This document shows, in pieces, positions 38,396 through 47,457 of a DNA stretch of 64,000 bases. The translations under genes and the position numbers were made by a program. Numbering within the stretch: the first letter of the stretch is position 1; every line of letters begins with the position of its first letter. Origin of the DNA: an uncultured Gammaproteobacteria bacterium (GTDB lineage: Bacteria > Patescibacteriota > Microgenomatia > UBA8517); the NCBI GenBank assembly GCA_965231135.1, contig OZ246419.1, forward strand, positions 577,488-641,487. The letters run 5' to 3'. The notes beneath the pieces were generated by a model. That model did no database searches. It had not been told where the DNA came from and saw only the letters and a program-made list of their open reading frames with translations.

Positions 38396-38853
38396 GGGTT
38401 TGTAACTTCATAATAGCATGTACTTGAACCACAATTTGTTGTCGCTCCTGCTCCGCTGCCACATGTAACAGCCATGGAATTGTCAGTTACTTCTAAAGTA
38501 GAGCAAATATCATATGTTGTGCCGTCAGACCAATAAACATATGAACTTTCGCTATTTGGATCCTGAGGGACAAGAGTCATGTATTTATTTGTCGAAAGAC
38601 AATTTGCAGTCGAACCATCACCGGTTAAAGTGCTTCCAAAATTCATAGATGTCGGATAAACATTACAGTCTGCTTTGTATGTTTCGATTGCACTTTGAAT
38701 TGCTGAAAGATCTGTTTTCCTCCTTGCATCTCTGCTTCGTTTAATGTTTATGGTTGAAGTATTAACAAAAAAGGCAGTAAGAATCCCAATAATTGACACA
38801 ACGATTAGAAGTTCTATTAAAGTAAAACCTTTAGTGTGTTTTATTTTTAGCAT
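38392..38853 (-). CDS. Type IV pilin / GspG-like
   Basis: KGFTLIELLIV..RDARRKTDL..Y..YP..VPQDP. Confidence 0.88.
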   Translation of the reverse strand: MLKIKHTKGFTLIELLIVVSIIGILTAFFVNTSTINIKRSRDARRKTDLSAIQSAIETYKADCNVYPTSMNFGSTLTGDGSTANCLSTNKYMTLVPQDPNSESSYVYWSDGTTYDICSTLEVTDNSMAVTCGSGAGATTNCGSSTCYYEVTNP

Positions 38854-39283
38854 CTAATTCATTTTCATACTCTTGCAAAGTTTTATCAAGAGGGACATTA
38901 GAAGCTGAAATACCATAATTGCAAATAAAGTTGCCGCATTTTAGGCTTAAGTTGTGAATTGTCTGATTATATTCAGCCTCGTCGGTGCGCTCCAGACTGG
39001 CATAGAGTTGATAAAACTTTCCGTCTGTAAAATATGAATAAGAATAGCCTAAGGGAGTTCCCGGATCCTTGGGAGCATTGGGAAGACCAGATAAACTTGG
39101 AGGGTAAATACTATTTGTATCTTTATAGCTTTCAAGCATTTTAGAAATATCGCTTAAATCATTTTCGCGTTCGTTGTCACGACCGCGGGCGTTTGCAACA
39201 CCAAAATTAAAATATGATAAAACGAAAATCACAGATAATATAATAATGACTACAATACTTTCAGTTTTATTAAAAAATTTCAT
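38831..39283 (-). CDS. Pilin-like protein with degenerate prepilin site
   Basis: FFNKTESIVVI..RDNERENDL..YP..PKDP..FYQLYASLE. Confidence 0.7.
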   Translation of the reverse strand: MKFFNKTESIVVIIILSVIFVLSYFNFGVANARGRDNERENDLSDISKMLESYKDTNSIYPPSLSGLPNAPKDPGTPLGYSYSYFTDGKFYQLYASLERTDEAEYNQTIHNLSLKCGNFICNYGISASNVPLDKTLQEYENELDAKNKTH

Positions 39284-39996
39284 AGACCAATTAATTTTAT
39301 AAAATAATCACCAAAAAATAAAACCATAGCTATTCCAAAGATTAAAAACGGACCAAAAGCAATTCTCTGGCGTAATTTTGCTTTTTTAATAATAATCAAA
39401 AAAAGACCAAGTACCGCCCCAATTAAAAAAGAAAAGAAAAGCCAAACTAAGAAAAACTTAAGACCAACAAGCAAACCAATCAAAAGCGCAAGCTTAACAT
39501 CTCCCAAACCCATACCTTTTCCATGCGTAATTAAACTAATCATTAATAAAATTAATGCAGATAAAAAACTGGCTAATAAATTAGGATAGAGAAACGAGCT
39601 TGTGAATATTAATTTACAAACCGCAATCAAAATTCCCCCAAAAACTAATTCATCAGGGATAATTTGATTTTCAAAATCAATTACAAAAATAGCAATTAGA
39701 ATACTTGCAAGTATTAGATTAAAAATATTTAGGCCGACAAAAATAAAAATAATTCCTGTCGCAAGCTCAATTAAAGGTTCACGACGAGAAATGTGACTGC
39801 TGCAATCTCTACATTTTCCCTGTAAAAGGACATACGAAATAAGAGGAATGTTGTCATACCAATTGATTTGAGCTTTACATGAAGGACAAAAAGATCTTCC
39901 TTTTATTATACTAATTCTTCTTGGGAGCCTGTATGTGAGCGCTCCCAAGAAAGAACCGATTATCAAACCAAACACTAACAAACCAATGGTTATCAT
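39280..39996 (-). CDS. pilD: Prepilin peptidase / N-methyltransferase
   Basis: GSFL..RLP, RSFCPSC..CRDC, GMGLGDVKL, FGPFL. Start 39996 overlaps the pilin stop (TAATG). Confidence 0.93.
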   Translation of the reverse strand: MITIGLLVFGLIIGSFLGALTYRLPRRISIIKGRSFCPSCKAQINWYDNIPLISYVLLQGKCRDCSSHISRREPLIELATGIIFIFVGLNIFNLILASILIAIFVIDFENQIIPDELVFGGILIAVCKLIFTSSFLYPNLLASFLSALILLMISLITHGKGMGLGDVKLALLIGLLVGLKFFLVWLFFSFLIGAVLGLFLIIIKKAKLRQRIAFGPFLIFGIAMVLFFGDYFIKLIGL

Positions 39997-40517
39997 TAGA
40001 ATGTGAAAGTTGGCGATAAACCAATGGCAGCTTCTGTTGCTGCACAAACCCCACCTGCTCTTCCAAGCGATGTGGAATATACATAGTATGCAGATGTTCC
40101 AGTGCCACAATTGCTGCTGTTTGATAATGCCTCAGTCTTGGCATAAACAATAGCTCCTGTTCCTGCTGTTACCTGATAACACCATGTGCTATTAATTACG
40201 TTTGTTGTGCAAGCTGAAGTTCCACCGCTATAAGCAACTGCAGAGGGAATCGCTGTAAGCTCTCCAGCTGCAACTAGTTGATTTGGCGATGCTGTCCACT
40301 GGGCTACTGTTGGGAAAGTATTACTATGGCTTTCAGCATAAGTAAGTAAAGCATCTCCCATTTGAGTAACAGAGTCTAATCTTCCTGCATCACGTGTCTT
40401 TGCAAGCTGCTGCAAAGGATTTATGGAAACAATAACGACTGCTGCTAAAACTCCAAGAACTGCGATAACTACCAAAAGTTCTATTAATGTAAAACCTTTT
40501 TTTATTAACGTGTTAAT
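39996..40517 (-). CDS. Probable major type IV pilin (ATT start)
   Basis: The frame extends upstream of the ORF-track start to INTLIKKGFTLIELLVV; perfect SD AAGGAGGTGA at 40524-40533; no in-frame ATG. Confidence 0.85.
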   Translation of the reverse strand: MNTLIKKGFTLIELLVVIAVLGVLAAVVIVSINPLQQLAKTRDAGRLDSVTQMGDALLTYAESHSNTFPTVAQWTASPNQLVAAGELTAIPSAVAYSGGTSACTTNVINSTWCYQVTAGTGAIVYAKTEALSNSSNCGTGTSAYYVYSTSLGRAGGVCAATEAAIGLSPTFTF

Positions 40518-40557
40518 TTTTAATCACCTCCTTCATTTATAATTCAGTATGAAATAT

Positions 40558-41763
40558 TTAAAACGAATTAGTCAAGTTGTATATTGGCAAGATTATAGAA
40601 ACAACCAAAAAACCAACTCCTACTCCTAAAATAATCATTACTATCGGTTCTATCGCTGCAGTTAATGTTTTTACTTTTTGATCTGATTCTGTTTCAAAAA
40701 CCTGGGCTAATTTGGAAAGAACTTCATCGATTTTTCCAGACTCTTCGCCAACTGCAATCATTTGAGAAAAAAGATAGGGAAAAGCTTCGGGATGCTTTGC
40801 AAATGCATAGGCAATAGGGAAGCCTTTTTCAACTTGAGAAGAAGCATCTGTTAATGCGTCTTTTATAATTACATTTCCAATTGCTCCAGCTGTGACTTGC
40901 ATACCTTCAATGATTGGAACTCCAGCTCCAACCATTAAAGCTAGAGTTCTTGCAAGATCTGTAAGCATGACTTTTTGCTGAAGATCTCCGATTATTGGTA
41001 TTTTAAAAATAAGTTCATCAATTTTATGTCGACCTTCGCTTGTTTTTGAATAAGAATTAAAAAAGAGAAAACCGCCAACCATAAGACCAATAATAATAAA
41101 CCAAAAACGAACGAAGAAATTGGAAATGCCAATAACGATTTGAGTTGGTAAAGGAAGTGTTGCATTAAATTGCGAATATAAATCAAGAAGCTTAGGGATA
41201 ACAAAGATCATCATAATAAAAGTTACAATTACCATACCAACGATAATAATTATTGGATAAATAAGAGCGCCGATTACTTTTCCTCTAAATTCCTGGGATT
41301 TTTCAAGATTATCGGCAATACGAACTAAGACTTTATCCAAAACTCCTCCGGTTTCTCCAGCTTTCAAGAGAGCCACATATGTTGGAGAGAAAACTTTAGG
41401 ATGTTTGTCAAAAGCTGTAGATAAAGATTCACCGTTTTCAACATCACTTAAAATTTTTGAGATTACAGGTTCAAAATTGGGCTGGGCCTGCAATTTTAAA
41501 ATATTTAAACTTTCTGTTACCGGAAGTCCTGCATTTATCATTGTTGCAAATTGTCTGGTAAAACCTGCGACATCATTTAATGTAATTCTGTTTTTGTATA
41601 ATGTAAAAATTCCAATAATTCCGGTTTCTTTTGGAGTTATGCTTAAAACTGTAAATCCCTTTGCACGAACAAGTTTTGCTGCAGCATCCGCAGTTGATGC
41701 CTCAACTTCTCCTGATATAATTTTCCCATCTTTAGCTTTTGCTTTGTAGATAAATCTTTTCAT
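40558..41763 (-). CDS. pilC: Type IV pilus platform protein PilC (GspF family)
   Basis: FTRQFATMINAGLP, AGETGGVL, ALIYP, VGEESG, IEP. Confidence 0.95.
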   Translation of the reverse strand: MKRFIYKAKAKDGKIISGEVEASTADAAAKLVRAKGFTVLSITPKETGIIGIFTLYKNRITLNDVAGFTRQFATMINAGLPVTESLNILKLQAQPNFEPVISKILSDVENGESLSTAFDKHPKVFSPTYVALLKAGETGGVLDKVLVRIADNLEKSQEFRGKVIGALIYPIIIIVGMVIVTFIMMIFVIPKLLDLYSQFNATLPLPTQIVIGISNFFVRFWFIIIGLMVGGFLFFNSYSKTSEGRHKIDELIFKIPIIGDLQQKVMLTDLARTLALMVGAGVPIIEGMQVTAGAIGNVIIKDALTDASSQVEKGFPIAYAFAKHPEAFPYLFSQMIAVGEESGKIDEVLSKLAQVFETESDQKVKTLTAAIEPIVMIILGVGVGFLVVSIILPIYNLTNSF

Positions 41764-42815
41764 GATCGCATTAATCTGGCAAGCTCTTCAGGTTCTGTTG
41801 AATAATTTGTAGCTACTTCTGCCGTTATTTTTCCTTCTTTAACCATTGAAGCAAGAGAACTTTCTAAGGTATACATTCCCTGATTTCCGGAGGTTTGAAT
41901 TACAGATCTTATCTGATGAGTCTTGCCTTCGCGAATTGCAGTTTTAATGGCGTTACTTGCAGTCATAACCTCGGTTGCAACAATTCTCCCCCCAGAAATT
42001 GCCGGCATAAGACGTTGGGAAACAACAGCAGCTAAGACATTTGATAGCTGCAAACGCACCTGATCTTGCTGTTCGTCAGGAAAAACATCAACAATACGGT
42101 CAACTGTTTCTGCCGCACTATTTGTATGAAGGGTTGCAAAAACTAAATGGCCAGTTTCTGCAATTGTTAGCGCTGCAGCAATTGTTTCATAATCGCGCAT
42201 TTCACCAATCAAAACAACATTTGGATCTTCACGAAGGACACTTCGAAGCGCAATACTCCAAGAATGAGTATCTTCGTGCATTTCGCGCTGGCTAATAATT
42301 GATTTGACTGAATTAAATATAAATTCAACCGGATCTTCTATGGTTACAATATGCACAGAGCGAGTTTTATTGATTTCATTTATAACTGATGCAAGAGTGG
42401 TAGATTTACCATGACCAGTTGGGCCTGTAATAAGCACAAATCCTTGGCGCATATTTACAAACTCATTCATTATTTTTGGCAATTTTAATTCATCGAGAGA
42501 GGGGATAATAAGAGGAATTTTACGAAAAGCTACACCCCAGGTGCCCTTTTGAGTATAGGCGTTAACACGAAAACGAGCCTTCTCTGAGAATGAAATAGAA
42601 AAATCAATTTCTTTGTTTGTAGCAAGAGACTCTAATTGATTGCTATTTAAAAGTTCTTTTAAATAAGTTTCCATTATCTCGGGAGTTAATATTTGTTCGT
42701 TTGGAACCGGAATTAATTCTTCATCAATGCGGAGAGTCGGTGCAATTCCCACAACTATATGAAGATCTGAAGCGTTTCTGTCGACTGTGAGTTGCAATAA
42801 ATCTCTAATTGTCAT
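41760..42815 (-). CDS. pilT: Type IV pilus retraction ATPase PilT
   Basis: ASDLH, GPTGHGKSTT, TIEDPVE, LREDPNV..GEMRD, AIKTAIREGK. Confidence 0.95.
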   Translation of the reverse strand: MTIRDLLQLTVDRNASDLHIVVGIAPTLRIDEELIPVPNEQILTPEIMETYLKELLNSNQLESLATNKEIDFSISFSEKARFRVNAYTQKGTWGVAFRKIPLIIPSLDELKLPKIMNEFVNMRQGFVLITGPTGHGKSTTLASVINEINKTRSVHIVTIEDPVEFIFNSVKSIISQREMHEDTHSWSIALRSVLREDPNVVLIGEMRDYETIAAALTIAETGHLVFATLHTNSAAETVDRIVDVFPDEQQDQVRLQLSNVLAAVVSQRLMPAISGGRIVATEVMTASNAIKTAIREGKTHQIRSVIQTSGNQGMYTLESSLASMVKEGKITAEVATNYSTEPEELARLMRS

Positions 42816-42830
42816 ATTTTAATCATAATA

Positions 42831-44570
42831 TTATTCTTGCGCGACACGCAACACCTCTTCAACAGTCGTGGTGCCATCAAGAACTTTCAAAAAACCATCT
42901 TGCTCAAGGGTAATCATACCTTCGTTTTTAGCTTCAACTGCAATTTGCCCAGCAGGAGCCCGCTCTAAAATTAATCTGGAAATTTTTTCTGTGACTGGCA
43001 AAACTTCATAAATTCCTACACGGCCTAAATATCCAGAATTATTGTTTTCAGGTGATGGCGTGCCTTTAAAAAATTTAACAGGATTTGATTTGGGCTGGTA
43101 AAGCGTCCCAAGTCCGTCTTTCACTTGCTGCAAAACCTTTAGGTCCGGATCGTAAGCAACTTTGCCGTTTTCGTCAATTTTACGCAACACACGTTGGGCA
43201 ACAATAGCAGTAATAGAAGAAGTGATTAAAAACGGCTCCGCGCCCATATCAAGAAGGCGAGGAAGTGCTCCTGCGGCATCATTTGTATGAAGCGTTGCAA
43301 AAACTAAATGGCCAGTAAGCGATGCTTGGATCGCAAGATCTGCAGTTTCGCGGTCGCGAATTTCTCCGACAAGAATTACGTTTGGATCTTGACGTAAAAA
43401 CGCGCGTAATCCCGAGGCAAATGTCAAACCCACATCGGGATTAATTTGCACCTGATTGACTCCTGCGATTTTATATTCAATCGGGTCTTCAAGCGTCATG
43501 ATGTTAATTTTCGGCGTATTAATGCGCTGAATAATTGAATAGAGGGTGGTTGTTTTACCAGAACCAGTCGGACCGCAAATTAAAATAATTCCATGCGGGC
43601 GAAGAATGGCATCTTCAAGATTTTTTAAGGCATGGCCCCTTAGCCCCAATTCAGGAAGGTCGGGAATACCTCCTGTTTTTTTGAGAAGTCGCATAACTAC
43701 CTTTTCTCCCCAGGCAGTAGGGAGTGTAGAGACACGAAGATCAACTTCTTCATTATTACCGCTTCGAAAATTGAAGCGACCGTCCTGAGGGATTCTTTTT
43801 TCAATAATTTTCATTCCTGCCAAAATTTTTATTTTGGAGAGGAGTGGCTCCTGGAGACGCTTCGGAATAGTTAATTTTTCTTGTAAAATACCGTCAATGC
43901 GGTAGCGAACGCGAACTGCTTTTTCTTCAGGCTCAATGTGAATATCGCTTGCACGAGAACGCACTGCAAAATCTAAAATATCGCTTACAATTTCTCCGAT
44001 TTTCTCGCCTCTTACAAAATTCCCTGCTGCTTCTTGTTTAGCATCCAGAGTTTTCACTCCTTCTTGACTGACGTCTTCAAGAGCCTCAGTTACTTTTTGT
44101 GAAAGCGAAGCTTCATAACGAGTCTTTGTGAACTCATCAATTTTACTTGCATCTGCTGCCTGGGGGCGTACATGTAAATTAGTTTTTTGCTCAATAAATT
44201 CAATTGCAGAAAGGTCTAGTGGGTCTGCCATCGCAAGAGTGAGTTCATTTTTGGTGCGGTCGACGTTTACTGGAAATACACGAAATCTTTGAGCGATATC
44301 TGAAGTGACAAACGATAATGCATCGGGGCTTATAGGAATAGTATCAAGATCTAAATAAGGGACATTAAAAAAAGTTGCTTTTGCTTTTGTTAATGCAGTT
44401 TCAGTTACTAAATTTTGTTCTTTTATTAAATCTTCAGGGTCTTTGCCTGTCTGCACCTGGGCCATTTTGATTCGGTCTCCAATTACTGAATTTAAAGCAC
44501 CTTGGGAAACAAGAATATCGACAAGATTCTGATTATCATCAATACCATTAGCAATTGGTAGGGCAGCCAT
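42831..44570 (-). CDS. pilB: Type IV pilus extension ATPase PilB (GspE family)
   Basis: ASDIHIEP, PQDGRF, GPTGSGKTTTLY, LRQDPNVILVGEIRD. Confidence 0.95.
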   Translation of the reverse strand: MAALPIANGIDDNQNLVDILVSQGALNSVIGDRIKMAQVQTGKDPEDLIKEQNLVTETALTKAKATFFNVPYLDLDTIPISPDALSFVTSDIAQRFRVFPVNVDRTKNELTLAMADPLDLSAIEFIEQKTNLHVRPQAADASKIDEFTKTRYEASLSQKVTEALEDVSQEGVKTLDAKQEAAGNFVRGEKIGEIVSDILDFAVRSRASDIHIEPEEKAVRVRYRIDGILQEKLTIPKRLQEPLLSKIKILAGMKIIEKRIPQDGRFNFRSGNNEEVDLRVSTLPTAWGEKVVMRLLKKTGGIPDLPELGLRGHALKNLEDAILRPHGIILICGPTGSGKTTTLYSIIQRINTPKINIMTLEDPIEYKIAGVNQVQINPDVGLTFASGLRAFLRQDPNVILVGEIRDRETADLAIQASLTGHLVFATLHTNDAAGALPRLLDMGAEPFLITSSITAIVAQRVLRKIDENGKVAYDPDLKVLQQVKDGLGTLYQPKSNPVKFFKGTPSPENNNSGYLGRVGIYEVLPVTEKISRLILERAPAGQIAVEAKNEGMITLEQDGFLKVLDGTTTVEEVLRVAQE

Positions 44571-44698
44571 GATTCATTATGACAAGTCAAACTTCGGCTT
44601 GCAATATCTGTTATAATTAATTAGAGAGGAAATGTTAAAGAGATTACTTAACTATTTGTTTTTCAATTTTTCCCTTTCCACGGAAAGGGTAGGAAGTC

Positions 44699-44728
44699 AT
44701 CCCGCTATCGCTAGCGGGATTTTTTTTG
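44699..44728 (+). terminator. Intrinsic terminator closing a ~100-nt intergenic transcript
   Basis: ATCCCGCTA-TCGC-TAGCGGGAT plus T-tract. Confidence 0.75.
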
Positions 44729-44812
44729 ATAAAAATTTGACTTTCTACGTAGATGGAATATACTATGGGACAGGAATTGCTATAAGCTCTTGTATTTGAT
44801 ACAGTGAGTTTT

Positions 44813-46798
44813 ATGGCAGATAAACAAGATAGAATGTCAGAAAGAATAAAAAATATCACAAGAGGAGCATTAGCTTTTGGTACAGCTATGTTTGTGGGAG
44901 CACGAGTAGTTCAAGGTCAACAAAACTCTCAGATAGAAAATACGATGGGTCCACAAAAAAACAGTTTAACGACCGCGGCTGTAGATAAGGACCAAAGCCA
45001 TATTAGACGAGTAACACCTCCGCCAACAAATTTTGATACACAATTTGGGCAGCTACCTAAAAGAGTTCCTGAATTTACGGTTCCAACAGATCCAGCAGCA
45101 TTTGAGACGAGTTATTTACAAAGTACACTAGCTAACATTGATCCTTCACAGATTAACTTTGGAGATCCTACAATTCAAGATTTACTGGCTCAGGATGCCT
45201 CAACGATCATGGAGGATAATAGCAAAATTATCCAAACTATCGCTGCAACAGAACCTAAGGATAAAGTTGGCAAATTTACAATTTCTTTAGAAGTAGGTTC
45301 TATTTCGGGAAGTAATCTCGTAGGCGGAATTATTCATGAAATTCATCCTGATAATACAGATACATATTATGTTTACGATTCAACAGATGGCTTGGTTATT
45401 CCGGTTAGTTTAGCTCCGGGATTGAAGTTAGAAATGTTTATCAGAAACGAGGCGAGTGGTTTTCAGAGACCAGTCGTTGGGGTTCGAGATCCAAAATCAG
45501 GTGGGATCTGGGTCCTGACCGAAGATCCACTGAACCAAGGTACATCGTTTGCGTTAGAAAAGGCTAGCGATTTTACTTCCACTTACGGAATAAGAGATAA
45601 AAGTGGCTGGGCTCAAGGAGTAGTTAATACTTCTGCAAACTTAAGACCTGATAGTAATACTAATTCTCAACCCTTAGCTGTTTTGCCTGAAGCAACAGAA
45701 GTGGTTATAACGGGACAAGTAACAGGTAGCGATCAGCAACCTTGGTACCAAGTAAGCGTAAATGGTAAAAACGGCTTTATAAAGGCAGATTTGGTAAAAG
45801 AAGGATCATTTAATGCAAATTCATTAAGAACTGTTTTTGTTGATAATAATGGAATATATCAATTTGACAGTAATAATAATCTCGTAATTACTAAATTAAG
45901 TGCTCCTGAAGCAAATGTAAACACTTTTTTTAACTTTGATGCAGTTAGATCAACTCTAAATTCAGCTGAGCTTGCCACAATGAATAGTGTAATGGAATCT
46001 TATCCAGGAAGAAATACTGATCAAATGGTTAAAGATGCACAAACTTTAGGAATAACTAATATTACCTGGAACAAAGACAACTTATGTTTCCAAGGACAAG
46101 ACCAACAAGGTCATGTACTTTGTTACTTTGGACATACACAACCAACAAGTGCAGAGAATGGAAGTTGGTCATATGCAGCTACTCCAATACAATCTTCGGA
46201 TTACAAAGAGGGAGTAAGTGGACTAAAGATTAGTTTTTTCACTGCAGTTGGCTCACAAAGAAACAATAACTCTTTTTATTTTGATTGGAACAGCGCTTAT
46301 CTCAGCCAACCTGGTACCGATACCCTTTTGAATGGAACAATTCAATCCATAAAAAAAGATACCGGGATAGATGTTACGGGAAAACATATTATTAACGTAA
46401 ACTACCCTGGCGAAACTACAAGTGCAGTTTTAACGAAAAACGACGCACAAAAGCTAGGTTCTTTTGACATTGTACTGCCAGACACTCTAACTGCGGGTAA
46501 GCAAAATTTTGGCGATGTTATTTTGATAAGATCCGTCGAGAATCCTAATGAAGGTAAACAAGACACGTATCCAGGCGCTGCAGACTGGCTATTCGGAGCT
46601 ACTGCATTTAATATAATGAATGCTCCTTTTGCAGGACAAGTAGCACCAATAACAACGGGTACATTAAATGAAATTAATAATTCGCTCAATAAATACCAAG
46701 CTATTGGAAATGATATATACAATAATTATTTACAAGCCAGTAATCTTCCTGGAGCAATATTTATAATTAAAAACATCTCCAGTAATTCAAATTCCTAA
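44813..46798 (+). CDS. Secreted/surface protein with a bacterial SH3-like domain
   Basis: Hydrophobic N-terminal segment; ANLRPD..LAVLPE..WYQVSVNGKNGFIKADLV. Confidence 0.7.
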   Translation: MADKQDRMSERIKNITRGALAFGTAMFVGARVVQGQQNSQIENTMGPQKNSLTTAAVDKDQSHIRRVTPPPTNFDTQFGQLPKRVPEFTVPTDPAAFETSYLQSTLANIDPSQINFGDPTIQDLLAQDASTIMEDNSKIIQTIAATEPKDKVGKFTISLEVGSISGSNLVGGIIHEIHPDNTDTYYVYDSTDGLVIPVSLAPGLKLEMFIRNEASGFQRPVVGVRDPKSGGIWVLTEDPLNQGTSFALEKASDFTSTYGIRDKSGWAQGVVNTSANLRPDSNTNSQPLAVLPEATEVVITGQVTGSDQQPWYQVSVNGKNGFIKADLVKEGSFNANSLRTVFVDNNGIYQFDSNNNLVITKLSAPEANVNTFFNFDAVRSTLNSAELATMNSVMESYPGRNTDQMVKDAQTLGITNITWNKDNLCFQGQDQQGHVLCYFGHTQPTSAENGSWSYAATPIQSSDYKEGVSGLKISFFTAVGSQRNNNSFYFDWNSAYLSQPGTDTLLNGTIQSIKKDTGIDVTGKHIINVNYPGETTSAVLTKNDAQKLGSFDIVLPDTLTAGKQNFGDVILIRSVENPNEGKQDTYPGAADWLFGATAFNIMNAPFAGQVAPITTGTLNEINNSLNKYQAIGNDIYNNYLQASNLPGAIFIIKNISSNSNS

Positions 46799-46855
46799 CC
46801 ACAATCCTCTTTACATTCTTTTTAAGATAATCTAATCTGAAGTAATTGGGATTTT

Positions 46856-47455
46856 ATGGATTTTTTAAAGCAAAATAAGTTATTGGTAGGTATTTTATTT
46901 TTGGCAATATTATTTTTTTGTATTCTCGGAGGAATTGTGTTTTATCTTTCTCACAATTCAGCAACTACTGTTTCAGTACAAACAAAGAGTTTTCAAAGTG
47001 GGGGATTAACAGTTAATAATAATTCCGGTTTTAATCTAAGTAAGTTTGACAGTCAAACTGCAACTTCTTTAAAAAATGACGGTATAAAAACTTTACAATT
47101 TCAGTTTACTTCAGTTCCAACTGCTATAGTGACCCATATTAACGACAGTGCTGGAAACTCATTACCATATGTTGGCTATAATCTCGTTCAAAATGGATCA
47201 GAAATGACAGTTACTCTATATGTTAATACTGATACCGCTGAGAAATTAAATAAAACTCAAAAAGACCTGGAATTCGATGCCTTACAACAGTTTTTCGTGG
47301 GACTTGAGTATTACCAGGAAAATTTAGCAAGCAACAATACTGCCCCTCAAGGCGATCAGGGAAGTCTTATTACCCAGCATTTTACCGAGGCAGGGAATAA
47401 AGCAAATATGTTAGTTAATAATGGTAGTGTGCCATTTAATATTAGTTTCAATTAA
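46856..47455 (+). CDS. Membrane-anchored hypothetical protein
   Basis: N-terminal TM; operonic with neighbours. Confidence 0.6.
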   Translation: MDFLKQNKLLVGILFLAILFFCILGGIVFYLSHNSATTVSVQTKSFQSGGLTVNNNSGFNLSKFDSQTATSLKNDGIKTLQFQFTSVPTAIVTHINDSAGNSLPYVGYNLVQNGSEMTVTLYVNTDTAEKLNKTQKDLEFDALQQFFVGLEYYQENLASNNTAPQGDQGSLITQHFTEAGNKANMLVNNGSVPFNISFN

Positions 47456-47457
47456 AA

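Noticed and set aside
39997-40110. N-terminal extension of prepilin peptidase in the ORF track
   Set aside because: Overlaps the pilin gene; the real start is the TAATG overlap at 39996.
44103-44113. AAGCGAAGCTT inside pilB as a family A repeat
   Set aside because: Lacks the flanking bases and second hairpin; could be chance within YEASLS.
44644-44859. 71-aa minus-strand ORF, plus the many other short ORFs overlapping known genes
   Set aside because: Shadow frames without motifs or start signals, overlapping better-supported features.
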